DNA from: a cyanobacterium endosymbiont of Epithemia turgida isolate EtSB Lake Yunoko
GTDB lineage: Bacteria > Cyanobacteriota > Cyanobacteriia > Cyanobacteriales > Microcystaceae
Length of the DNA: 32,000 nt
Assembly (NCBI RefSeq): GCF_000829235.1
Contig: NZ_AP012549.1
Location: 990,001-1,022,000, forward strand
Reading direction: 5' to 3'
The notes beneath the pieces were generated by a model. The model made no database searches, was not told the DNA's origin, and was given only the letters and a program-made list of their open reading frames with translations. The translations under genes were made by a program, and so were the position numbers. Positions 19,487-29,678 of this stretch are shown here, piece after piece; the stretch's first letter is position 1; each line of letters opens with the position of its first letter.

Positions 19487-19964
19487 TCAATCAATTTTTT
19501 CAACTCGAACATAATTTTTTTCTCTATATTTATTCATATTTTTGTTTGGTATTTTTATAAAAAATCTTACTGCACTAAGATTCAATCTTTCATCATTATA
19601 AGCAACTTCACGTGTTTCTTACTTGATACATTCATCTAGATGAACATCAGGATGGATTTTCTCTATATCATGGGAACCCTACGTCCCCTATATCTGAGAT
19701 AACTTTGTTGTTATATCTCATGTTTGGCTAACAAACAAGCTCATCTCAATATCATAACAGCTAATTTTGGGCTGGGTTACTTTAAATTTTAGTAGCGGAA
19801 ATAAAGAATAATCTCCAATAAAGTTGTCATACTCTTTATCAATATTCCGTCTTAACCCATATCTACACTCTACTGAAGTTATACACCATTGCTAAACTAT
19901 TCAAAACTTGTTATTGTGATTTGCAGTAGTTTGCGATGTACACTTTTTTAAGTTGTTACTCACT

Positions 19965-20153
19965 ATGACTAATTTTAATCAATATGAAAGAAAATCTGGT
20001 TTCATCGCCTACGCTGAAACTTTGAATGTCCGTCTAGCGATAATTGATTTTGTTGCTGCCTTGATCACTGAGTTAGTCACCGCTCAAGGAGTTCTCCATT
20101 TACAGAGTTTGCTTGAAATTCTTAGTTTGCGTCCTATTAATCTCATTGTTTGA
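19965..20153 (+). CDS. High-light-inducible (Hlip/CAB-like) protein homologue, divergent and possibly decaying
   Basis: 62 aa from ATG 19965: MTNFNQYERKSGFIAYAETLNVRLAIIDFVAALITELVTAQGVLHL.... Compare the Hlip core FGF...AE..NGRLAM.GF.....E...GQGVL. E, N and R are kept, but F->S, NGR->NVR and GF->DF, and there is an atypical C-terminal extension. Confidence 0.5.
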   Translation: MTNFNQYERKSGFIAYAETLNVRLAIIDFVAALITELVTAQGVLHLQSLLEILSLRPINLIV

Positions 20154-20184
20154 CTGGGTTCTCCCAGTCAAACAATGAGATTAA
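20137..20184. terminator. Perfect 22-bp hairpin (4-nt loop) between convergent hli-like ORF and sigA; likely bidirectional terminator
   Basis: ttaatctcattgtttgactggg / ttct / cccagtcaaacaatgagattaa. The left arm covers the last hli codons and its TGA (20151-20153). The right arm ends 5 nt before the sigA stop (20190). Confidence 0.6.
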
Positions 20185-20189
20185 TTTTA

Positions 20190-21329
20190 CTAGCGGACAT
20201 ATTCTTTGAGAATACTATTGCGATTAGGATGTCGCAATTTCCGTAAGGCCTTAGCTTCGATTTGACGAATCCGCTCGCGAGTGACATTAAAGATTTGTCC
20301 AATTTCCTCTAAGGTTTTCATGCGTCCGTCATCTAAGCCATAACGTAGCCGGAGAACATCCCGTTCTCGTGGACTTAAGGTATCGAGAACATTTTCTAAA
20401 TCTTCCCGCAGTAGATTTTTAGAAACTTCATCTTCTGGATTTTCTCCATCAGCTTCAATAAAATCTCCCAAGCGGGAGTCTTCTTCCTTACCAATAGGGG
20501 TTTCTAGTGAAATAGGTAATTGGGCTGATTTAGCAATAAAACGAAGCTTCTCGATGGTCATTTCCATACGTGTAGCAATTTCTTCTTCAGTAGGTTTACG
20601 GCGCATTTCTTGGGAAAGAATCTTAGTAGTTTTTTTTATTCTAGAAATGGTTTCGTAAAGATGAACTGGAAGGCGAATGGTACGCGATTGATCGGCAATT
20701 GCTCTAGTAATAGCTTGACGAATCCACCAAGTAGCGTAGGTCGAGAATTTATAACCCTTTTCGTGGTCAAATTTTTCGGCTGCTCGAATTAAGCCCAGAG
20801 AGCCTTCTTGAATCAAATCCTGGAAAGATAGTCCCCTATTCATATATTTTTTAGCAATAGAAACCACCAGACGTAGGTTAGAATGAACCATTTTGTCCTT
20901 AGCTCTACGTCCTAAAAAGAGACGGCGTTGGAAGGCATGCCAATCGATATTGACGGCCTCTGCCCATTCCTTCTCAGTGGGGAAGCGTCCCATGTGTTCA
21001 CTAAGTTGTTCTCGAATTCGTTCCAATTCAAGAAGATCAGCAATTTTACGAGCCAATTCAATTTCTTCTTCAGCACGCAAGAGTCGAATACGACCAATTT
21101 CTTGAAGATAAACCCGAATTGAATCCTCTGTGTAAGGTTTTTTCTTACTTTGAGCGCGACGGCGAGAAGCACTTAGTTTTCGGGTATTTTTCCCTTCTGG
21201 TCCAGTTAGTCCCTCATCAAGTACCACATCATCAGCCGATGCTTGTATGGCTTCATCATCATCGGGGATGAAGAATCCCACATCAATCTGAGGTTCAGTA
21301 AGGGTTAATAGCTCATTAGCCTGCGTCAT
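20190..21329 (-). CDS. sigA: RNA polymerase principal (group 1) sigma factor
   Basis: Carries region 1.2-4.2 hallmarks: [85 protein letters not shown], and the helix-turn-helix [31 protein letters not shown] place the start at ATG 21329 (MTQANELL, preceded by aaggag) rather than the GTG at 21359. Confidence 0.92.
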   Translation of the reverse strand: MTQANELLTLTEPQIDVGFFIPDDDEAIQASADDVVLDEGLTGPEGKNTRKLSASRRRAQSKKKPYTEDSIRVYLQEIGRIRLLRAEEEIELARKIADLLELERIREQLSEHMGRFPTEKEWAEAVNIDWHAFQRRLFLGRRAKDKMVHSNLRLVVSIAKKYMNRGLSFQDLIQEGSLGLIRAAEKFDHEKGYKFSTYATWWIRQAITRAIADQSRTIRLPVHLYETISRIKKTTKILSQEMRRKPTEEEIATRMEMTIEKLRFIAKSAQLPISLETPIGKEEDSRLGDFIEADGENPEDEVSKNLLREDLENVLDTLSPRERDVLRLRYGLDDGRMKTLEEIGQIFNVTRERIRQIEAKALRKLRHPNRNSILKEYVR

Positions 21330-21739
21330 GCCGTTTTCCTCTTGCTCCTTGAAGTGCACAACTAGAAGATAGGGTGTGATAGTAGAATTTACGAATCCAA
21401 CCTCCCTAAAGTAGACTTATCTGAGAGTGATTCGTAAGGTTTCTTGGGAAAAAGCAGTTCGAACTGGCTTGCTTGGGGTTGACTATCATAAGAACTATGA
21501 GTCTGAAGCTACCAGTTTGGAAAGTTCCCAAGAACAAAGTCCGGGGTCAAAAAAATTCAAGACCTCTCCGATTGTAGCCTCGATTACCAAGAATCGGGTA
21601 AGGTTTTTGTTTTAATTGCACAATATCATTTAAGATTTCGGATAGTGTTGAAGAACACTGGATAAGAGATAACTGGACATTTAGATTTAATTAGGTGAAG
21701 ACATGGTTAATGGAGGTCATTAACAAACATATCTCGAGC

Positions 21740-21771
21740 GAAGAATTGCGTTGTTATCAACGCAATTCTTC
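21740..21771. other. Perfect 14-bp hairpin in the long sigA upstream region
   Basis: gaagaattgcgttg / ttat / caacgcaattcttc. Function unknown. Confidence 0.5.
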
Positions 21772-22247
21772 ATAATTCACTTACCTAGCTAGTCTTAGAA
21801 AAACTCGAGGATAGACCCAAGTATTACTTGAGCCTAGGGAGGTCTAAGCTTAGGTATACTTATCGGTCTTAATCTTCAAAACTAGGCAAAGCTCCTCAAC
21901 ACGGGTTAAATCATTAGTCATCGTTTTGAGTTTTTCATCAAAGTTCGAGGACATTCATCCCCAATAAACGAGAATCTTGACTGACAGAAAAACAGTACGT
22001 TTATCCTTGAAAAAGAAAAATTTTGTGCCCCTGCTATTCATAACGTTAGCAAAGTTTCTTCTGTACCGATCACTTAAGCATAAAGAAAATCGAACTAATG
22101 TGAAAGTTTGATGACCTAGACTTTTATATTAATCGCTGCACTTACTCTAAAGTTGCCTTAGTAATAATCCTGTTATAATCGTTGAACTCTGCATTTGACT
22201 ATGATTTACATCATACTTCTCTAAACAGAAGTTAATAAATATCGTGG

Positions 22248-22286
22248 TTAAAAAAAGCTTTTAGTGTTAACAACACTAAAAGCTTT
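22248..22286 (-). terminator. Rho-independent terminator of the crtE/PAP2 operon
   Basis: Perfect 15-bp stem aaagcttttagtgtt / aac / aacactaaaagcttt. On the minus strand it runs into a U-tract, the complement of A7 at 22250-22256. It lies 67 nt downstream of the PAP2 stop. Confidence 0.7.
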
Positions 22287-22353
22287 GTCCGTTACTTGTT
22301 CGACTCAGTGCAAAAAGCCTCAGTCAAGAACTCTAGAGAAGTGGTGCTTAATA

Positions 22354-22809
22354 TCAAAAAGCAGGTAGAGCTAACACTGAAACGCCAACCCCCCAAGCCA
22401 AGCCGACAAAAACCTGAAAAGGTGTGTGACCCAGTAGCTCTTTCAACCGCTCTTGATTAAGATGATGTCCATCTTGAAAAAATTCATCTAGAAGTTGATT
22501 GAGAATCTTTGCCTGTGCTCCTGCGGCTTGACGAACGCCAGCCGCGTCGTACATCACGATTACCGCAAATAGAGAAGCAATGGCAAATTCTGGAGTATTC
22601 CAGCCGACGGTTAATCCTACACCGGTAGCTAATGCTCCTACTAGAGCAGAATGCGAGCTGGGCATTCCTCCAGTATTGACAAGATAGCCCAGATTCATTT
22701 TACCGTTACGAAATATCTCAATAATTGTTTTTAATGCTTGTGCCGAAAAACAAGCCAGCAAAGACGTCGAAAGGATTGGATTGTAGAAAATCGTCTCAAA
22801 ATCGTGCAT
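22354..22809 (-). CDS. Divergent PAP2 family protein (DUF212, acid phosphatase/vanadium-haloperoxidase-related)
   Basis: 151-aa membrane protein with the GGMPSSHSA motif and a family-typical MYDA.GVR block. It starts 20 nt downstream of crtE on the same strand. Confidence 0.85.
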   Translation of the reverse strand: MHDFETIFYNPILSTSLLACFSAQALKTIIEIFRNGKMNLGYLVNTGGMPSSHSALVGALATGVGLTVGWNTPEFAIASLFAVIVMYDAAGVRQAAGAQAKILNQLLDEFFQDGHHLNQERLKELLGHTPFQVFVGLAWGVGVSVLALPAF

Positions 22810-22829
22810 GGTTAATTTTTAAAGAGCAT

Positions 22830-23759
22830 TTAATTTTTGCGGGTGACGATAAAGTTGGCGATCGCCCTTAATGGGTCAGCCTTAGCTCCGTAGGGTATTA
22901 ATTCGGTAATCGCTCCACTTACTAAGTTTTGGGCTTGTCTTTTTGATTCTTCAAGGCCCCAAAGGCTTGGATAAGTTGCTTTTTGATCTCGCAGATCTTT
23001 TCCAGATGTTTTCCCTAATTCTTCTTTGGTGGAGGTGATATCTAAGATATCATCAACAATTTGAAATGCTAAACCAATGTTTTGAGCATATTGAGATAAT
23101 CTTTGCACTTCTTCTTCTGAAGCTCCAGCTAGGATAGCCCCTGACACCACTGATGTTTCCAATAAAGCTCCTGTCTTACGAGTATGAATGAACTTTAAAG
23201 TATCAACACTAATATCGTCTTGTCCTTCTGATTCTAAATCCAATACTTGACCGCCGACTAATCCAGCTGCCCCTACCGTACGACCTAAGCGGGCAAGAAC
23301 AGTAATTAAATTGTGGGGAGCGACGTTACGCGTTTGGGTAGCTGCATATTCAAACGCATAGGCCAGTAAACCATCTCCAGCCAAAATTGCAATATCTTCC
23401 CCATAAACCTTGTGATTTGTTAATTTCCCTCGACGATAGTCGTCATCATCCATTGCCGGGAGATCATCATGAATTAAAGACATGGTGTGAATCATTTCTA
23501 AAGCACAGGCAGTAGGCAATGCTATTTCGTTGGTGCCACCCATCAACTCACAAGTGGTTAAGCAAAGAATTGGGCGCAACCGCTTTCCTCCGGCTAGTAG
23601 CGAGTAGCGCATTGCTTCATAAATTTTTTGGGGACAAGTAATGGAAAGGGAACTATCTAATGCTGCTTCAACAAGTTGTTGTTTTTCGTTAAGATAGGAC
23701 GCAAGGTCGAAATGTAATACTTCCCGTTGCGCCACAAGGTTTTCGCCTGTTGTGACCAT
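22830..23759 (-). CDS. crtE: Geranylgeranyl diphosphate synthase (type II polyprenyl synthetase)
   Basis: Has the first Asp-rich motif [17 protein letters not shown] and the second, FQIVDDILD, plus GGKRLRP. I place the start at ATG 23759 (MVTTGENL) rather than the TTG at 23783. An intact HIP1 octamer lies at 22858-22865. Confidence 0.9.
   Translation of the reverse strand: MVTTGENLVAQREVLHFDLASYLNEKQQLVEAALDSSLSITCPQKIYEAMRYSLLAGGKRLRPILCLTTCELMGGTNEIALPTACALEMIHTMSLIHDDLPAMDDDDYRRGKLTNHKVYGEDIAILAGDGLLAYAFEYAATQTRNVAPHNLITVLARLGRTVGAAGLVGGQVLDLESEGQDDISVDTLKFIHTRKTGALLETSVVSGAILAGASEEEVQRLSQYAQNIGLAFQIVDDILDITSTKEELGKTSGKDLRDQKATYPSLWGLEESKRQAQNLVSGAITELIPYGAKADPLRAIANFIVTRKN
22858..22865. 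repeat. HIP1 (GCGATCGC), the only intact copy in the window
   Basis: Exact octamer read in ggcgatcgcc, inside crtE. Confidence 0.9.
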
Positions 23760-24934
23760 GTCTAAATACCTTGAACCAAGCAACTTTTTTGATATTATCT
23801 TTATTCAGTTTACACCGAGATCTTCCTTACTCGACTTTAAGCAGCCATTTTAACTCTCCTAGTCACAATGTTCTCATAGTTTATCCTATGCTTGAAAGAC
23901 GTGTGATAAACAGTATCTGCCTTTAGATCAAGTAAAAATATGCTATTACTAAGCGTTAATACTTCAAATTCTAAATTATCGGACATATTGCGAGGACTCA
24001 CATCAGCTTTTTACTGGGGAAAACCCTGATGGGGAGCGGGAGAATTTGTTTAAGTTATCCAGTATTGACATTCAATTTTCTTATGAACGTGAACGGACCA
24101 ATTGATCATTTGGGAACTCCTTCACTTAAAATTAAAGACTGTTTTTTAGGAAATAAAGCGATTTCTTCAGGCTCAATAGTTTGGGGGGGGGGATAGAGTT
24201 GTCCTGTTGATTTGTCAACATGGTGATATTTTCTCTCTTTATCCTTTCAATTGGAGGATTGCCCATTTCTAAGAAAAATAAAGACAATTGTATGGTTGAG
24301 TGGATATATCTTGTAAATTATCATCATAAAAACCATAAAAAGAACAGTTTGACAGTTATTAAGTGACAGTCAATAATCAGACTACAAGTATTTTTTAAAA
24401 TTTGCGTTTCTAGTCAATATTCTCCTAAAAAACTTCAGGAAAAAATCGAATTTTTTTTTTATATTCAACTTAAACACTTATTTTATAAGCAGTTAAAACA
24501 AGGCTTAAACTGAGACTAATTATTACGCTAAGAACATTCTACACTTTCTGAGCCCTAAATTTTATCAGATCATCAATATTTTTTTATAAAAAAATGTGGC
24601 TCTTCTAGAGTGAGTATGATAGATTAGTGGCTAATGACTTCTAAAACTCTTGTTTTAACTGTATTCTATAACTCTGATAACTTTGTCTTGAATAATAATT
24701 AATTTTTTGGAATATTCGAAACCTTGTAAAGTAAAACATTCAGATTCTTTTATTGCAATTTTGTAATAGTTAGTCTAGAAAAATCACAAATTTCATCTTA
24801 ATTGACCGTAACAATTCTAAACAATTCGTTAAATTCATAGTTGCCTTTCCTTCGATATTTTTCTGACATCTAATTTTGATAATTGCTATATCGATTACCT
24901 TTAATCCTTAATCATTACTAGTTAATATAATTTT

Positions 24935-26182
24935 ATGTTGTACTTTTCAAAAAAAATCAGCAAAGTTTTCTTTGTGATTACTTTACTAATAACAGTTAAG
25001 AACCCTAATATTGTGATTCATTCATTACCGGTATTGGCTCAAGTTCAACAACTTGAACCCAACCCTTTAGAAACTTTTATCGAGGATCCTCTTCTTCCTT
25101 CAGTGCCCCGTCCTCTCACTTCATTTGAACAACGTAAACTGAGAGAACAGCTAAATACTTTAAATGCTGAAGCTCAAACTCAGCTGCACGCGGACAATGA
25201 TAATGTAGCCTTCAAAATTTGGTATCGGGAATTGAGATTGCGAAGAGTTTTAGGACGTTTAGAAGAGATTAAATCGTTAGGAAGAGTAGGAGAAATTGCT
25301 TGGAATCGGACACGTACTGAAGATGTCCAAGTTATTAACAAACGATTAGTTACTTTACAAGAATTATCAGAAAAAGAAGATTCTTTAAGTTCCGCTTTAT
25401 TAATGGCATTAGCGGATGCTTATAAAAAACTACATGCTTTAGATAATTCCTTAGCTATCTATCAAAAAGTCCTCAATAATGCCCGTCAAAATAATGACTC
25501 TATTGCTGAAGAAGCTGCTATCAGAGAGTTAGGTCAATTGTATTTAGCTAAATTTGACTATCCCAAAGCTGCTCCTATTTATGAAGATTTACTCAATCGC
25601 TCCCAAACTAGACAGAATATCTTAGAAGAAGGAGTGTATCTGCAAATATTAGCTGAGATTTATGGACGATCTTTGCAACCGGAAAATGCAGCTAGAATCA
25701 AACAGAAGTTAGTTGAAAACTATCTATCAAGTCAAGAATTAGAGTTAATTCCTTCTCTGAAAACTGCCATAGGAAAAGATTACGAAATTTTAGGAAACCC
25801 AGAAATTGCAAGTCAAAACTATCAGGAAGCTTACTCATTAGCTTGGTCATTCCAATTATTTGGAGCAGCAGCAGAAGCGTTAACACAATTAGGAAACCTT
25901 TATCAAAAATATGATCAAAATGACTATGCTTTACAGATTTATAAAAATTTAATTCAAGTAGAACAATTATCCTATAATTATTATGGATTAATGAGAGTCT
26001 ATGAAAAAATTGGCCAGATTTATATGGTTAGTCAACAATATGAATTAGCTTTAGAATTTTTTAAAAAAGGATTAATCTTAGCCCAATCTCTTAATTATAA
26101 ACAAAATGACTTTTTAGCTTATATACAAAAAGCTAATACAAGAATAGAGGGAGGAAAAATCAAAAAAGAAGTTAGTCCTTGA
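24935..26182 (+). CDS. TPR-repeat protein with N-terminal signal/anchor
   Basis: 415 aa with a hydrophobic N-terminus (FFVITLLITV). It then has repeated ~34-aa units with A..Y...L/A..Y.KAL spacing, for example LALEFFKKGLILAQSLN and AIYQKVLNNARQ. Confidence 0.75.
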   Translation: MLYFSKKISKVFFVITLLITVKNPNIVIHSLPVLAQVQQLEPNPLETFIEDPLLPSVPRPLTSFEQRKLREQLNTLNAEAQTQLHADNDNVAFKIWYRELRLRRVLGRLEEIKSLGRVGEIAWNRTRTEDVQVINKRLVTLQELSEKEDSLSSALLMALADAYKKLHALDNSLAIYQKVLNNARQNNDSIAEEAAIRELGQLYLAKFDYPKAAPIYEDLLNRSQTRQNILEEGVYLQILAEIYGRSLQPENAARIKQKLVENYLSSQELELIPSLKTAIGKDYEILGNPEIASQNYQEAYSLAWSFQLFGAAAEALTQLGNLYQKYDQNDYALQIYKNLIQVEQLSYNYYGLMRVYEKIGQIYMVSQQYELALEFFKKGLILAQSLNYKQNDFLAYIQKANTRIEGGKIKKEVSP

Positions 26183-26195
26183 CCAAAAAGATAGC

Positions 26196-26230
26196 CCAAA
26201 TATCTAATGGAAATAGATATTTGGCGTTTT
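26196..26230 (+). terminator. Hairpin plus T-run between convergent TPR gene and selU
   Basis: Perfect 11-bp stem ccaaatatcta / atggaaa / tagatatttgg, followed by cgtttt. A second 6-bp hairpin (gttttc...gaaaac, 26226-26245) is adjacent. Confidence 0.45.
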
Positions 26231-26264
26231 CAGATGTTGGAAAACTCTTAACTACTTTTTTGCA

Positions 26265-27311
26265 TCATAGATTTTCTAATATTTTTTCTATCTTTACAGA
26301 GTTATACTCAGAAAAAGAAATGCTTTTCTCAAATCTATTATAAGTTTTTTTTATAGATTTGCGATAGGCAGGGTCATAGTGAGTGATCAATAAGTCTTGT
26401 GCCAAATTAAACCATTTTTTTTGATCAATCCATCTAAACCAATCATCTATTTTCTCTTTCCCATAACGAGATTTAAGATAAGTTAGTCTATTTTTTAAAA
26501 TGTTCGGGTAGGTGATTAAATAAGTATATTCTCGTAGTAAAAAGTTAACTCTTTCGCGCAGAGGAAGTTGTACTTCAATACAAGGTGATTCTTTCATTTT
26601 ACACCAAAGTTTTGAAGGTAAATAAACTTCACCGATTTTGTAACTTTCTGATTCAACCCATATAGATTTGGTAATATCAAAGCTTTTAAATTGTTGCAAT
26701 AAAAGCGAATCAAAATATTTTTGTGATGGTTGATAATCTATCTTTTTTGCCCATTCTTTTCCTAAAAGTGAACCTCGATGATTTGCTATCTTTTCTAAAT
26801 CTAAAACTTGATAGCCTTGTTTAGAAAGCTGATGTAATAAATTAGTTTTACCAGTTCCTGTTAATCCACAAAGGATATTATAATTGAACTCTAACGGCAA
26901 TACTTCTAATTTTTTTCGTACATATTTGCGATAAGTTTTATAGCCTCCTTCTAATACTTTAATCTGCCAACCAATTTGGCTTAAAATAATGGCTAAACTA
27001 TTTGATCGTTGACCTCCTCGCCAACAATAAATTAAAGGAATATAATTTTTATTTTTTCCTAAAAAGTAGGTTTCTAAAAAATAACTAATATTTTTTGCAA
27101 TTAGTGAAGCCCCTATTTTACGAGCTTCAAATGGAGAAATCTGTTTATAAATTGTTCCAACTTTTTCCCTTTCTTGGTTATTAAGAACGGGTAAGTTAAT
27201 AGCTCCAGGAATATGATCTTCCATAAACTCATTTTCAGAACGGACATCAATAATTTCACTACAATCATTTTTCTCGCTAATTTGATTAATAAAATAAGGT
27301 AAATTTACCAT
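26265..27311 (-). CDS. selU: tRNA 2-selenouridine synthase (rhodanese + P-loop)
   Basis: Has an N-terminal rhodanese domain (IIDVRSENEF.EDHIPGAINLP...N.ER..VGT.YKQ) and the active-site motif YCWRGGQRS. The Walker A motif is GLTGTGKT. The length of 348 aa is typical of the family. Confidence 0.85.
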   Translation of the reverse strand: MVNLPYFINQISEKNDCSEIIDVRSENEFMEDHIPGAINLPVLNNQEREKVGTIYKQISPFEARKIGASLIAKNISYFLETYFLGKNKNYIPLIYCWRGGQRSNSLAIILSQIGWQIKVLEGGYKTYRKYVRKKLEVLPLEFNYNILCGLTGTGKTNLLHQLSKQGYQVLDLEKIANHRGSLLGKEWAKKIDYQPSQKYFDSLLLQQFKSFDITKSIWVESESYKIGEVYLPSKLWCKMKESPCIEVQLPLRERVNFLLREYTYLITYPNILKNRLTYLKSRYGKEKIDDWFRWIDQKKWFNLAQDLLITHYDPAYRKSIKKTYNRFEKSISFSEYNSVKIEKILENL

Positions 27312-28222
27312 AATCTAGTTTAATTTATTATCAATTTATAGGAATCAAATATATAAGAGGTAATTCTGATTTAAAATTTTCGGTCAATATTTTAATATTA
27401 ACACATCTGGTTTGTTATAGCAAAATGCCCCAAGAAACTAACTTTATTTAAAAATAAGTATTCTCCCTCAAAAAATTACTATTAACTGTATAGATTTTAT
27501 CTTTAAATAATTAGCTTATAGTAGTATTAAATATAATTTGAAAGTTAATTTAATCAGGAAATAACACTCATAATAATTTAAACTGCTTATAATACTAAGA
27601 GAACATTTTTCTTGACTTACTTTTAATAACCAAGGTTTCCTTACATTGATTATAAAAGCAGAAGTTATAGAACTGAGTATCTGTTCTTCAGTACCAATAG
27701 CATAGCATTGTTTTTGCTCCGATCAGTTTATAAATATTTACAACTGTGAGTTTAGCTGTCAAATCATTCATTTGATAATAGAATAAAATTATATTTTCTG
27801 AAACATTTAAGACATTACTATTACTAAAGTTCAAGGTAGTCCAATTATTAAAAATTGCACTTACACGAAGATATACAGATAGAATAGTAAGTTACTCATA
27901 TACTTTCACTAGGTTGAAATAAAAGATTGAATTATTTATATAAATTTTTTTTATAAGTCAACCTATAATTAACTACTATATGATTAGCACTTTTCTCCTT
28001 ATAAAAGGACTGTTATCAATTTTATAAATAAAAAATTACTAGACTGAAGGAATACTTATGTAAGTTTTTTACACAAATAAAGTAATCATACCAATATTTA
28101 TTAATAATGGTAACTTTTATGCTAGTTTAATAGCAGCTTATAAAGCTAGATTTAAAAAAAATAAGCTGTATTTTTATAGAAAATCTTTTTTAAAATAGTC
28201 ATAAAAAATGTTCGGTGTTTTT

Positions 28223-28273
28223 TAGTACTCAGCTAAATAGATTAATGTAAATTATCTATTTAGCTGAGTACTA
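28223..28273. repeat. Perfect 20-bp hairpin (11-nt loop) in an AT-rich desert
   Basis: tagtactcagctaaatagat / taatgtaaatt / atctatttagctgagtacta. Confidence 0.85.
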
Positions 28274-28511
28274 GTGCAAGGTAAAATAACCATTAAAAAT
28301 AATCCAGTTATTACTGCTGTACCAATTATATTTACTTCCTATTTTAATACTTATAAACTTGGAAAATTTACCTAATAGTATTGATAATCAACTATGCACT
28401 ACTCACTCAAAAAATGTATTGTAAAAATAAAAATAATAGTATTTTAGTTTTTAATTTTATAGATTCTATTTATAGAGAGAGAAAATTTATTCACACTAAG
28501 CTCAAATAAAT

Positions 28512-28549
28512 CATAAAAAATAATTGTAGTGAAACAATTATTTTTTATG
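28512..28549. repeat. Perfect 16-bp A/T-rich hairpin (6-nt loop) in an AT-rich desert
   Basis: cataaaaaataattgt / agtgaa / acaattattttttatg. Confidence 0.8.
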
Positions 28550-29678
28550 CAATCCCCATATATATTAATATTAGATAATTGGTTTCTTATCTATGTAGAA
28601 TAAATAGACATGATGGGAAAATCTACTAATGATAGTACTATTTCTAGTATCTATATAACTGCTTATAAGGCACAAATGAAAGAAACCCTTAAAGAAATAT
28701 TGTTTTTCCCCATCGTCAGCGTATCTTTAACATTCAATTTAAATAGGTTGTGAGTATTATATAATTAATTTTTTATTTATAAGTTAATAATTATTAAACT
28801 TGTTTTATATAAAAAAGTGATGTTATCCTTTGTTTAATTTCACTTAATTTTTTATTACCTAAAATAATTAATATATTGATTGTTGCATTACAGTGCAGGT
28901 TTCTGTAAATTTTTCTTATAGAAATAATTATTATTTAGATAATTTATACTATTAACTAATCTGTTTTACTCTAACTTTTTATTACTTTTATTTTAGGTAT
29001 AAATATATTTATTATGACATTTATTTTAGGTTTATTTAGTAGTATTTAGAGCCAGTTTAGTTGAACTATATTTTTTTAGTGTTTAACAAATATAAAATAT
29101 ACATTAATTATTACTATAATAGTTATTATTTTTACAGTCAAATAAAAAATTATTTTTTTATTTTTAACAAAGTAGATATATAAACAGTACTATTACTAGT
29201 TTAATTACTAAGATTAGGACCAAAAGTTTCAGTGTTGCTAATAATTATTGCCAATTTAAACCTGTTAAAGCCATACTAGTTTTGTCTTGATTGACTACCC
29301 TAGTAGCAGCGTATTAGTGAATTTGCATCATTTAACAGTGATGGTTAAGCTAGTAATTAGGGATGCTAGTATCAGCGGGATGTATCTAAGAAGTTATTGT
29401 TATAATCTCCAATTAGGACCTGCCATTGTTTTAGTTACGCCCAGGTTATTTGTAATAGCTTTGCTGTTGATTCTTCGATATAGCTTACTGAACCAGTCCA
29501 TTTTAGGGGCCTTAAATTTTTGGGAGGAATTGATTATCCATTTATTATAATTATTATATAAGTTAAAAGATATTTTTCTTTAGAATATCGATTTTTGGCT
29601 ATTTTAAAAAATTAATATAAGATGACGAAATGTCTGTTTTCAGTTAATATTAGGTTTAAATTTTAAACAGTAAATTAC

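Noticed and set aside
20610-21172. Cluster of four short ORFs (20610..20792, 20893..21105, 20912..21172, 20928..21122) overlapping sigA
   Set aside because: All overlap the well-supported sigA frame. Their Arg/Ser-rich or Phe/Asn-rich translations are typical of out-of-frame reads.
21330-21359. N-terminal extensions from non-ATG starts in the ORF track: sigA GTG 21359, crtE TTG 23783, mlaE TTG 14470, hli TTG 19953
   Set aside because: In-frame ATGs a few codons downstream give N-termini resembling known orthologues (MTQANELL for SigA, MVTTGE for CrtE). In sigA the ATG is preceded by an aaggag Shine-Dalgarno-like sequence. The starts remain unverified.
8823-28549. Interpreting the long hairpins as copies of a MITE or REP-like mobile repeat family
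   Set aside because: The arm sequences are unrelated to one another. I could see no target-site duplications, and apart from the local 13-mer at 11589 there are no dispersed copies within the window.
29654-29668. Palindrome gtttaaa t tttaaac just upstream of uxs, considered as an operator
   Set aside because: It is a 7-bp A/T-rich palindrome in AT-rich DNA, well within chance expectation.
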